Made by a program: the position numbers and the translations under genes. From contig JAFYXH010000001.1 of assembly GCA_017546315.1 (NCBI GenBank), positions 8,247 to 72,246 of the forward strand: DNA of 64,000 nucleotides, given 5' to 3'. Below, one piece after another: positions 28,907-38,234 of this stretch (within the stretch, counting starts at the first letter, position 1; each line of letters starts with the position of its first letter). This stretch comes from Alphaproteobacteria bacterium. Lineage in GTDB: Bacteria; Pseudomonadota; Alphaproteobacteria; RF32; CAG-239. The notes under the pieces are model-generated. The model had not been told where the DNA came from, searched no databases, and saw only the letters and a list, made by a program, of their open reading frames with translations.

Positions 28907-30757
28907 ATGAAAAAATATGTTTATTTTATTGGAGCAATAGCTAGTTTGTTGGCTGCTTGTTCTACTACTAGGGAAGAACCTTTAGTTGAAGCTCCTGTTA
29001 TGTCTGCTTATTATTCTGATTGGGATAGAGCTGTTAGAGCTGATGTGGATATGCAAAATATGTTTATCGGCACACCATCAAAAATAACTAAACCAATTGA
29101 TATGTATATGGCTATGGCATTAGCCTTGAAATACAATTATTCAAGAAGACTAGCTAGTTATCGTGAAAACCTAATAAAAACCAATATACCTGTATCATCT
29201 TTGCCTATGATGGCTGAAAATTTGGGGTATGAAAATGCATCTAACTCGACAGCAATACCTGCTGATTTGAAAGTTTCTTGGAACGTATTAGATTTGAGTT
29301 CTTTGTATTATCAAAATGCAACTTTTGCTCAAAACATCGTTGCAGAAGAACAAAGCAGAAAGGTTATCAATAACATCATTTTAGAAGCACGTACTCTTTA
29401 TTGGAAAGCTTTAAGTGCTCAAAGACTCATCCCTGTTATTGATGATATGAATGAATATTTGGTTCGAGTTGTAGATGAATTAAATGCTCGTTCTAATGAG
29501 ATTATTAACGATGGCAAGAATCCCTCTACAAGCTTGCTACTTAAAAAACGTAAGTATTTAGAAAGCATCAAACAATTAGCAGAACTTAGAAGACGTTTAG
29601 AAACTTCTCAAGCTGAGTTTGCTGGATTGCTTGGGATGTATCCTTCTACTGAAATCAAATTAGCTGGTGCAGAATATGGTAATTTGCCTGTTCCATCTAT
29701 GAGAGCAAAATTACAGCAACTTGAGTGGCTCGCTTTAACGAATCGCCCAGAACTCAGAGCTTTTGACACAATAACTACAAAAGAAGAACTTGAATTAGTT
29801 ATAAAGGATATGGATTTTGTTGATAATAGTGATTACAGCCAAGATCCAAACTACTATAATCGCAAATGGACGAAAGAATCTAATGATTTATCAATGAATG
29901 TTTTTGAAGACATTAGATATCAAGGAGAATCTACATATAATTCTCTTGCCCGCCAAAGATTAACTAATATTGTTTTGAATCAAGTTTATTTATCTTGGGC
30001 TTTATACCAATCTTCTGTTGAGGATTATTACTTAAATATGGGTGTTGCAACCACATCTGAAGATATCGCTGAAGACATTACAGATAAAGAAGGTGTAAAC
30101 AAAGCAATTAGCCACTTAGAATCAGCAAGAGCTATTGTTGATGAAGCAAATGCTTTCTTATCATACATTGATGTTCAAGAAGCTATTGGCAGATTATACG
30201 CAAGTATTGGTATGGATCCTGTTCCATTAGATATGATTAACGAGAATCCATCTAGAATCGCAGTTCAAATTAGAGAAACTTTAGATAAATGGAGAGAAGG
30301 TATTTTTGTTGCTTCTCCTGCAGACAATGCTCCTTTATCTAGCAAGAAACCTCCATTGGATATATCATCACGTTCTTTAGTTCCTGATGTTGTTGTAGGT
30401 GCTGGGTATGATGTTGAAGTAAAAATTCCTGATGAAGTTTTTGAACAAGTTAACTGGAAAGGTGATTACAAAACTGTAGCTGGCTCTTTGGATGATGCTG
30501 GACTTCCTGATTGGTTAAAGTATAACGAAGAAACACATACTTTTACAGGCCATCCTTCTCTTGATGATGCGGGAAGTTATAGAATAAAACTTTACGCTTT
30601 AGATAATGCAGGAAATGCGGCGGTATTGAGCTTTACTATCACTGTTAATAACGTATATATCCAAACTATGGAATACAAAGGTCTAACCGGTTATAGAAGA
30701 GCAAAAGTTTACCATAAATGTAAAGTTGGCACTCCTTGTGCTAGTGGAGAAATTTAG
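28907..30757 (+). CDS. TolC/OEP-family outer-membrane lipoprotein with a C-terminal Ig-like (He_PIG / cadherin-like) domain
   Basis: Lipobox LLAACS. The OEP-like N-terminus has IDMYMAMALALKYNYSRR, ARTLYWKALSAQR and LALTNRPELRAF. The C-terminal DVEVKIPDEVFEQV...GLPDWLKYNEETHTFTGHPSLDDAGSYRIKLYALDNAGNAAVLSFTITV (nt ~30390-30655) fits the putative-Ig/dystroglycan-type cadherin-like pattern. Confidence 0.6.
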   Translation: MKKYVYFIGAIASLLAACSTTREEPLVEAPVMSAYYSDWDRAVRADVDMQNMFIGTPSKITKPIDMYMAMALALKYNYSRRLASYRENLIKTNIPVSSLPMMAENLGYENASNSTAIPADLKVSWNVLDLSSLYYQNATFAQNIVAEEQSRKVINNIILEARTLYWKALSAQRLIPVIDDMNEYLVRVVDELNARSNEIINDGKNPSTSLLLKKRKYLESIKQLAELRRRLETSQAEFAGLLGMYPSTEIKLAGAEYGNLPVPSMRAKLQQLEWLALTNRPELRAFDTITTKEELELVIKDMDFVDNSDYSQDPNYYNRKWTKESNDLSMNVFEDIRYQGESTYNSLARQRLTNIVLNQVYLSWALYQSSVEDYYLNMGVATTSEDIAEDITDKEGVNKAISHLESARAIVDEANAFLSYIDVQEAIGRLYASIGMDPVPLDMINENPSRIAVQIRETLDKWREGIFVASPADNAPLSSKKPPLDISSRSLVPDVVVGAGYDVEVKIPDEVFEQVNWKGDYKTVAGSLDDAGLPDWLKYNEETHTFTGHPSLDDAGSYRIKLYALDNAGNAAVLSFTITVNNVYIQTMEYKGLTGYRRAKVYHKCKVGTPCASGEI

Positions 30758-30770
30758 TAAGGCATAAAAA

Positions 30771-32333
30771 GTGATTGATTATTTCATAAAAAAAACTTTT
30801 CTATGTACATTGTTGATGTGTCTGCTGTTTTTTATAACGGCAGGCATATTTTTTAATAATGCATATCTAAAAGTAAGCGAAGTTAATTATATAATATTTT
30901 CTATCGTTTTGGTATTTTCGCTAAAATCTTTTTTAGATCGACTGCTTACTTCTCTTATTTTATTGATGACACTTGCCTTGGTTGTTTTATTTACGTTAGA
31001 CAACACATTCCTCTTATTTGCTGAACTGTTAGGACTTTGGGCGGTTATATATAAAAAAGAATTATCTAAAAGGCACGTGATATTTGGAATTATTGCTAGC
31101 TCATTTCTTTTGCATTTATTTTTTATTGATAAGATTTCTATTGATTTATTTCAACATGACTTATCTGGTACTCGCTTATACATGTCTCTCATCATAGATG
31201 GAGGCATTAACTGGAAAAATTTTGACCCTTGGTATATGTATTACCTTTTCCACCAACCTCTGCATTTTATAATTTTAGAAAGCATTTATTTGTTTGAGGA
31301 ATCGGTATGGCAATCTCATCTTTTAGCAGATGAAGGTTTACAATATTTATCTCTTCTATATGTATCTATGACGACAATATTTATAGCAAAAATCTTACTA
31401 GAATTAAAAATCAAAAAGAATGTATTTTACATTGTTTTAGCTCTTGTTGCCTTTAACCCTACCCTTACTCTTTTTAGCGCATACATCTCTGATGATGTTC
31501 CTGTTTTATTTTGGAGTAGTGGTTTGTTTTATTTTGTAATTAGATGGTACAAATCAAACTCTACCAAATCAATCGCTTTATCTGCTATTTTTTTAGGTTT
31601 CGGGTGTCTTTCAAAATTATCTATTTTACTTGCTGTTCCATCTATTATTTGGATTTTTTTGATTAAGTTATTACATTCTTCTGATAGAGCTAAAGTAATA
31701 AAAGATATATCTCTTTTCATTATTATTACTGTTCCTCTTTCTTTAGTGTGGATTATTAGAAATCATATTCTATTTGATATGCAATTTTACAACATACCTG
31801 ATACTTCTCCCTTGGGACAAAATTTTAATTATCTAACACTTTGGGACAGATTAACCGATTTTTCGATGATTAACAAACCATTCATTGATGCTCCTTATAT
31901 TGCAGATTCCAATATCTTTCTTGCAATAATAAAAACCGAATTATTTGGTGAATGGGATTTTAGTAAAATAAATAAAAACATCTATTATTTTGCCATCTTA
32001 CTTTACTACATCAGTATTGCTCTTAAAATACTTATCTTGTGGGGAATGTTTTATATTATTTACAACAAAAAAATTGCTCAAAAAAATATAGCATTGATGT
32101 TTATTATATTATATTTATCATCACTTATATATGCGCTAAGATATGCTATGGCTTATCCATATATTTGCTCAACAGATTATAGATTATTTACTCTCTTAAT
32201 GGTTTCAGAAGCATCAATTTTAGCCTATTTTGCAAACAAAAATAATATGGCAGAAAAATTGTTATCTGCCATATTGGGAATATATATTATATTATCATCT
32301 ATAATTTATATATTAGTTGCTTTGAGCGTTTAA
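30771..32333 (+). CDS. GT-C fold polytopic glycosyltransferase (PMT_2/ArnT-like), second copy in the window
   Basis: ~13 TM helices. The loop HDLSGTRLYMSLIIDGG...YYLFHQPLHFI fits D..gH..Y....G....hPPL. It also has FGCLSKLSILL. GTG start. Confidence 0.5.
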   Translation: MIDYFIKKTFLCTLLMCLLFFITAGIFFNNAYLKVSEVNYIIFSIVLVFSLKSFLDRLLTSLILLMTLALVVLFTLDNTFLLFAELLGLWAVIYKKELSKRHVIFGIIASSFLLHLFFIDKISIDLFQHDLSGTRLYMSLIIDGGINWKNFDPWYMYYLFHQPLHFIILESIYLFEESVWQSHLLADEGLQYLSLLYVSMTTIFIAKILLELKIKKNVFYIVLALVAFNPTLTLFSAYISDDVPVLFWSSGLFYFVIRWYKSNSTKSIALSAIFLGFGCLSKLSILLAVPSIIWIFLIKLLHSSDRAKVIKDISLFIIITVPLSLVWIIRNHILFDMQFYNIPDTSPLGQNFNYLTLWDRLTDFSMINKPFIDAPYIADSNIFLAIIKTELFGEWDFSKINKNIYYFAILLYYISIALKILILWGMFYIIYNKKIAQKNIALMFIILYLSSLIYALRYAMAYPYICSTDYRLFTLLMVSEASILAYFANKNNMAEKLLSAILGIYIILSSIIYILVALSV

Positions 32334-33034
32334 TCCTCTTGTTTGATTTCAACATCTTTTACCACTTCATCTTTTGCAAAATTCAAAAGATTTTGCGGAG
32401 TATCATTCATATTTGCTTCTTCTTGTTTTAATGAAGAACTAGAAGGTGCAGAATTTATTTTAATATTTTCTTCGATATCTCTATCACCTGAAATAAAACT
32501 TTTTATATGAATAGCTTTTTTAGTTTTATTTTCAATATCATCACTAACAACTACTTCTCTAATTTCCTCTTGTTGATTTGATATAACAAATTCTTTTGTC
32601 GGAAGAGAATCTCTTCTTTCTAACTCTTGCTTTGATAAAAGGGGTGTTGTTGAGATATCTGTATCTATACATTCTAACAACCATACATCATAAATAGGAT
32701 GTTCTATTGCATTTATTCCTGGAGCAGATGATAGCATCCAACCTCTAAATATATTATACTCCTCATCACCTAGGCTTTTATCTGTTACGTCTACAAATGC
32801 AAAGTTTTCAGGTGTTTCTTCTGGTGGATTTTTCTTGCATGCTCTTAGAACTAGCGAAAAGTCTCCGTATTTAATCTGAGAATTAACCGGTACGGTTATT
32901 TTTTTTACACGACCGGTTAACTTATCCATCGACTGCATAAGAGCTGCATTTGTAGTAATTTCCTTTGAATATGCTGATGAAATTGTCAATATCGATAACA
33001 TCGCAGATAGTATATATTTATTATTTATTTTCAT
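32330..33034 (-). CDS. DUF2155 domain-containing secreted protein
   Basis: MDKLTGRVKKITVPVN..YGDFSLVLRACKKNPPEETPENFAFVDV..FRGWMLSSAPGINAIEHPIYDVWLLEC is the alphaproteobacterial DUF2155 signature. It adds a ~100-aa acidic C-terminal extension. Confidence 0.8.
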   Translation of the reverse strand: MKINNKYILSAMLSILTISSAYSKEITTNAALMQSMDKLTGRVKKITVPVNSQIKYGDFSLVLRACKKNPPEETPENFAFVDVTDKSLGDEEYNIFRGWMLSSAPGINAIEHPIYDVWLLECIDTDISTTPLLSKQELERRDSLPTKEFVISNQQEEIREVVVSDDIENKTKKAIHIKSFISGDRDIEENIKINSAPSSSSLKQEEANMNDTPQNLLNFAKDEVVKDVEIKQED

Positions 33035-33476
33035 TATCTGTCACCATAAAAATAATTTCACCAACCATATCTTCTAATGTTTTAGCATCTTTTGTATTTT
33101 CCGCTATTGAACCATTTGACAAATACTCTTCTGATTTACCTGGTTCTATTTTTACAAATTTATCTCCCATTAGTCCATCTCCAGCTACGGTGATTACACT
33201 ATCTTTAGGCAATAAAATCTCTGGTAAGATACTCATTTTGACATCAACCATATAATCAAGCGGACTTATTTTTTGCTCTATTACTGTGCCTACTTTTACC
33301 CCATTTATACGAACGTCTGCCCCAGTATTTAGACCTCCAATTTTTAGAAAACGTGCATTTATTTCATACCCTTTTACTACTTGTAAGTCAGATACTTTAT
33401 ATGCAAACATCATAAACAATGTTGCCACCGCAAGCACAACAATTCCCATAATTGTTTCTACTGGTTTTTTATTCAT
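33021..33476 (-). CDS. mlaD: MCE-domain protein MlaD (paralogue 2)
   Basis: N-terminal TM followed by an MCE domain (YEINARFLKIGGLNTGADVRINGVKVGTV...DGLMGDKFVKIEPG). Confidence 0.8.
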   Translation of the reverse strand: MNKKPVETIMGIVVLAVATLFMMFAYKVSDLQVVKGYEINARFLKIGGLNTGADVRINGVKVGTVIEQKISPLDYMVDVKMSILPEILLPKDSVITVAGDGLMGDKFVKIEPGKSEEYLSNGSIAENTKDAKTLEDMVGEIIFMVTDNENK

Positions 33477-33990
33477 CTATACCTCCATTATCAATAATAT
33501 CATTATTTTCCTTTGTTGCTTTTTTAGATTTTCCCATCGAGATAATACGTTCTAACAACTCCTCTAACACTAGAGCATCTTGAGTGTAGCTTATTGTCTG
33601 CCCTGATGAAAAATACTCTTCAGCACCACCAACGTCTATCTCAACATATTTTCCACCTATAAGTCCAAAACTTACTATTGAAGCACTGCTATCATTTGGT
33701 ATTTTGTATTTAGAATCGATTTCTAAAGTAAGTCTTGAATTAAAATTTTTATCCAATGAGGCTCCAACAACTCTACCAATTGAAACACCAGACATTCTAA
33801 CGACATCACCTAAATTTAGTCCATCAGTTCTACCGAAATCAGCATATATGTTGTAAGTATCTCCTAGCCCATCTTGCTTTATTGAGGCATTGTGAGATAT
33901 TGTTATAAAAGTTATAATTATTATTGCTAACAATGCAATCGCTCCAATACGCAGCGTTTTTATCTCTTCTTGTGAATATTTATCTTCCAC
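33469..33990 (-). CDS. mlaD: MCE-domain protein MlaD (paralogue 1)
   Basis: N-terminal TM followed by an MCE domain (YNIYADFGRTDGLNLGDVVRMSGVSIGRV...FGLIGGKYVEIDVG). It overlaps paralogue 2 by 8 nt. Confidence 0.8.
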   Translation of the reverse strand: MEDKYSQEEIKTLRIGAIALLAIIIITFITISHNASIKQDGLGDTYNIYADFGRTDGLNLGDVVRMSGVSIGRVVGASLDKNFNSRLTLEIDSKYKIPNDSSASIVSFGLIGGKYVEIDVGGAEEYFSSGQTISYTQDALVLEELLERIISMGKSKKATKENNDIIDNGGIDE

Positions 33991-34137
33991 TTTATCACTC
34001 CTTTATAATAACTTTTAGGTCTTTATAGCTTATAAATAAATTTTTGTCATCAATGTTTTATTATATTTTTTAAATTGTGAAAATTTTAAACATTTTTTGT
34101 TAGCGTTTTAATGTCTAATAACGTTTTAGAGTAATAT

Positions 34138-34854
34138 ATGATGATTAAAATTGAAAATATCTCAAAGATTTTTAAGAAGAAAAAAGCGCTTGATGGAATC
34201 AATATTGAAATCAAAACGGGGGAAATTGTTGCCTTAATTGGTGAAAATGGTGCAGGAAAATCAACACTTATGCGTATCATGACTGGATATATTGAGCCAA
34301 CTTTAGGGCGTGTTAGCGTGTTTGATAATGATATAAAAAATAATAGATTAGAAGCTCTATCTTATATTGGTTATGTACCAGAGTTATCTGTTTTATATAA
34401 TGATATGCTTGTTTATGATTTTTTAGAGTGGATGGCTGGAATTTGGAAAATAAATAATAAGAAAGAAGCAATTATTGAAGCTGCTAATCAAATGAAAATA
34501 AAAGATGTATTAAATGAAAGAATCGAAAACTTATCTAAGGGATATAAAAAACGTGTTGAAATTGCTTCACAAATTTTACATAAGCCTCGGTTTCTTATTT
34601 TGGATGAACCAACAGATGGTTTAGATCCTAACCAAAAACATGACATCAGATTATTCATAAAAAAATACGCAAAAGAAAATACTGTGCTTGTGTCTACCCA
34701 TGTATTAGAAGATGCTGATGTAGCAAACAGAATTATCATGCTATCTAAGGGAAAGATTATAAAGGATACTAACATAAAAGATTTTAGAAAAATCTCTAAA
34801 AATAATAATTTAAGCGAATCTTTCCGCATTTTGACTTTGGATGAAGAGGAATAA
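34138..34854 (+). CDS. ABC transporter ATP-binding protein (ABC-2/GldA-like)
   Basis: Walker A GENGAGKST, signature LSKGYKKRV and Walker B FLILDEPT. Confidence 0.9.
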   Translation: MMIKIENISKIFKKKKALDGINIEIKTGEIVALIGENGAGKSTLMRIMTGYIEPTLGRVSVFDNDIKNNRLEALSYIGYVPELSVLYNDMLVYDFLEWMAGIWKINNKKEAIIEAANQMKIKDVLNERIENLSKGYKKRVEIASQILHKPRFLILDEPTDGLDPNQKHDIRLFIKKYAKENTVLVSTHVLEDADVANRIIMLSKGKIIKDTNIKDFRKISKNNNLSESFRILTLDEEE

Positions 34855-34856
34855 AA

Positions 34857-37223
34857 ATGAGAATTTTTGGTGTACAATATTTGAAAGATTTCAGAGCAAA
34901 TTTTAGTAATTACAATGCTTACATAATATTGGCTGTATATTATGTATTGTCTTTGTTTTCGACTATTTATCTTGGCGATTATTTTTTAAGAGAATCTAAC
35001 ATAATGAATGCTTTTTTTGTCATGCAACCAATCATTCTTACTTTTGTTATACCTGCTATTACAATGAGAACTTGGGCTGAAGAAATAAAAACTGGCACAA
35101 TCGAAATTTTATTAACTCAGCCGATTGGATATGGGACTCTTGTTTTAACAAAATTTCTTGCATCTTTTTCATTTTTTCTAATTTTGGTCGCTTCATCTTT
35201 GTTTTTAGGATTTTTCTCTAATAAATTATCTGTTTTGGATTTAGGTGTTGTTGTATCTGGATATTGCGGAGTTTTATTATGTGGGGCGCTATTTTGTGCT
35301 GTTGGATGTTGTATTTCAATATTTAACAAAAATAACATCTTAAGCTATGTTGCAACGATATTTGTGCTTTTTGCAATTACACAATTAAAATTTACTAATG
35401 TGGATATTTTATCTTTAAACGCTCTAAATTTTGAAGATAATTTTATAGCTTTTTTAAGTGGTGTATTATCATTTAGTAATGTTATGTATTTTGTTGTTGG
35501 TACAATTATATTTCTTTGGATTAACCTCTTAGGAATACATTTTAGAAAGATTGCAAATTTGCAAGAAAAAAGGCTATTTAGCGTAATTCTTATTATTTTT
35601 TGCTGTATATTTGTATCTATTCAAATAGGTACATATTTTTGTTTTGAAAAAGAAGCAGATTTTACGGATGAAAAGAAATTTACCTTGATGAATGAAACTC
35701 ATAAAGTGCTTAAAAATATAGATAAAAGAATTGATATAACATTTTACGAATCTCAAAATGCTCGAGAAGAGGCTAATTCTAGTTATGCGGTTTTTGCTGA
35801 ATATTGCGAGCGCCTCTTAAAATTGTTTGAAAAATCATCTGAAGGAGCAATTAGAGTTAATATTGTAATGGTTAAACCTTTTGGTGAATTAGAAAGAAGA
35901 CTTATTAAAGATGGCATCAAATATGAAGCAGATAAATTAGGATATAAAAAATTTTTAGGATTAGAATTATCTGATAATGATGGAAATTATAAATTTATAA
36001 AATCTTTAAGTGGTTTAAGAACAAATTTATTAGAAGCAGATATTTTGCGTATTGTAAAATCTTTTGGAGATGAAAAGAAAAAAATATCATTGCTTGCAAG
36101 TGGTGATGATTTGAAAGAAATATCTGCTTTTGTAGAAACGATAAGTGAGTTTTATGATGTAGATTTTTGGAATAAATTACCGCCATATATACCTCCTACT
36201 TTTGAAACTGTTATAGTTGTTAATCCTAGAGAAGTTGACTCTGAATATATGCTTGCGCTAGATCAATATCTGCTTAATGGAGGAAATATTGTTATGTTTG
36301 CAGAAAAAGAACGATTTATCAATTCTTCTGCAAAACCTATAATTTCCTTTTTAGAAAACTATGGCATATCACCTTTGGTTAATAAAAATAACCTCACAAT
36401 GACAATCAATAATAATGAAATACCTTTCTTAGGTCTAGAGCTTAAAGATGATATCAATTTTATGGATGTTCGTTCAATATTGGTAAATAACGCAGGAGAA
36501 GTTGGATATTATTCAAAAAATAAATACAAGTCTAAACCTTTTCTTGAATTTGATGGTAAAGCTATTGGGGTTATTTCTAGTGGAAAATATATATCTAATT
36601 TCTTAGATTTGACTTTTGAAAATTTAACAATTTTACCAAATTCTGCAAAAGATGGAAAATTATTATTTGTTTTTGATACTGACTTGATAAAAGATTATAT
36701 TTTTGTTTCTAGTGAAACTAAGAATATGTATTTTTATGAAATTGTTCCAACAAGTGATAATTTGTTATTTTTCTTAAGATTGTTAAATTTTGTGTCTGGG
36801 AATAATGTTGAAGATAATATTAGGTATAGACATTTCAAAATAAATTCCTCAAGCATTGGTAATGCTATTCTTTCTCATGTGAAAGAAAAATATGAAGCTC
36901 AGATGCAAGAGTTAGAAGAAAAATTATCCTTATATTTGGCTAAAAAAGAGAATTTTTATGCGGTCTTAAATGCAAAAGGTTTTGCTTCTGTTAAAAATCT
37001 TGGCGAACTTAGCGAATTTGAACAGATCATAGATGAAACAGATAATGAATTAAGTAAAATGAAAGCATTAGTTGCAAAAGATTATCAGACTATAATTGTT
37101 GGCTTAACTATTATTTTGATTTTGTTTTTTCCTTTAATTTACGTTGTAATAATGATTGGAATATTAACAATTTTCAGAAAAACAAAACAGAGAAAAATTT
37201 TGGAGGCAATAAATAATGTTTAA
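34857..37223 (+). CDS. Fused ABC-2 permease (GldF-like) and GldG-like auxiliary domain protein
   Basis: The N-terminal ~240 aa hold six TM helices of ABC-2 type. A TM is then followed by DFTDEKKFTLMNETHKVLKNIDKRIDITFYES, the typical start of a GldG/ABC_transp_aux domain, then a large soluble region and a C-terminal TM anchor. Confidence 0.6.
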   Translation: MRIFGVQYLKDFRANFSNYNAYIILAVYYVLSLFSTIYLGDYFLRESNIMNAFFVMQPIILTFVIPAITMRTWAEEIKTGTIEILLTQPIGYGTLVLTKFLASFSFFLILVASSLFLGFFSNKLSVLDLGVVVSGYCGVLLCGALFCAVGCCISIFNKNNILSYVATIFVLFAITQLKFTNVDILSLNALNFEDNFIAFLSGVLSFSNVMYFVVGTIIFLWINLLGIHFRKIANLQEKRLFSVILIIFCCIFVSIQIGTYFCFEKEADFTDEKKFTLMNETHKVLKNIDKRIDITFYESQNAREEANSSYAVFAEYCERLLKLFEKSSEGAIRVNIVMVKPFGELERRLIKDGIKYEADKLGYKKFLGLELSDNDGNYKFIKSLSGLRTNLLEADILRIVKSFGDEKKKISLLASGDDLKEISAFVETISEFYDVDFWNKLPPYIPPTFETVIVVNPREVDSEYMLALDQYLLNGGNIVMFAEKERFINSSAKPIISFLENYGISPLVNKNNLTMTINNNEIPFLGLELKDDINFMDVRSILVNNAGEVGYYSKNKYKSKPFLEFDGKAIGVISSGKYISNFLDLTFENLTILPNSAKDGKLLFVFDTDLIKDYIFVSSETKNMYFYEIVPTSDNLLFFLRLLNFVSGNNVEDNIRYRHFKINSSSIGNAILSHVKEKYEAQMQELEEKLSLYLAKKENFYAVLNAKGFASVKNLGELSEFEQIIDETDNELSKMKALVAKDYQTIIVGLTIILILFFPLIYVVIMIGILTIFRKTKQRKILEAINNV

Positions 37224-38160
37224 CCATCTTAAAATTGGTGTATTTATCCTTGTATTTAGTATTCCTTTTATGATTTTTGGAGTTAATCTTAATAGTCAGC
37301 GCATACTAAGATTATCTAAGGGAAATTATTTTTTTGAAAAAACAAGAAATAGTCCTGATATATCTGAAATCATCATTAGTTTTCCTAATAAAAATAAGAT
37401 CAGCATTGTCAAAAAAGGCGACCTTTGGCATATTAAGGAAGCAGACGATTACTATGCTTCTTTTCTTAAAATAAATACCTTAGTATCTCTTATTCGCAAT
37501 ACTATTATTTATCGTGCTGATATTATAAAAAACAACAAGCTTTCTGTTGATACTAAAAATAGTATAAAAATGACCTCTATTGATAAATCTGGAAATCATG
37601 TTGATGAGGCAACAATAATTCCTATAAATGATGGTAATAAACATCATTATGCACTCTTAAATAATGATAATTTTTTATATCAAATTAGTGGTGATTTTAA
37701 TATTTCTTCTAATGCTATAGATTGGCTACAAATGCCTTTATTAAAAATTTTAGCTAAAGAAATTAAAGAAATTAAATGTGATAAATTTCATTTATATAAG
37801 CGTTTTAGTGATGACTTATTTGTTAATGTTGGGACCAATAAAACTGTGAATTATGTTGATAGCTTTATCAATAATTTGTGGTATTTGTCAGCAGATAAGG
37901 TTTATCACTCTGTTAATTTTAAGAGAAACGAATATCAGCGACTTCAGACTTATGAAATTAAGTTATTTAATGGAATTATATATATAATTTCTTTTTACAA
38001 AAAAGGAAAAGAAATTGTTATAAATATAAAATTAGATAAAGATTTATTGATGTCTAAAGATGGAATTAAATGGCTAGATGAAAATCGTGTTTTATATGAC
38101 GGATGGTTTTTTAGTATTCCTCCAATGGTTGGAGAAGTTTTGATAAACTATACAATCTAA
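37216..38160 (+). CDS. DUF4340-like protein, third gene of the GldA/F/G-type ABC operon
   Basis: N-terminal TM anchor. It overlaps the preceding gene by 8 nt. Its position after a GldG-like gene is where DUF4340 proteins normally sit. The sequence-level match is only weakly recognised. Confidence 0.45.
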   Translation: MFNHLKIGVFILVFSIPFMIFGVNLNSQRILRLSKGNYFFEKTRNSPDISEIIISFPNKNKISIVKKGDLWHIKEADDYYASFLKINTLVSLIRNTIIYRADIIKNNKLSVDTKNSIKMTSIDKSGNHVDEATIIPINDGNKHHYALLNNDNFLYQISGDFNISSNAIDWLQMPLLKILAKEIKEIKCDKFHLYKRFSDDLFVNVGTNKTVNYVDSFINNLWYLSADKVYHSVNFKRNEYQRLQTYEIKLFNGIIYIISFYKKGKEIVINIKLDKDLLMSKDGIKWLDENRVLYDGWFFSIPPMVGEVLINYTI

Positions 38161-38234
38161 AATATTTGTAATATTCTTAAAAATGAAATCTCCACTTTTT
38201 TGTGGAGCTTTTGTTTTGTAAAACACTTAAAAAT

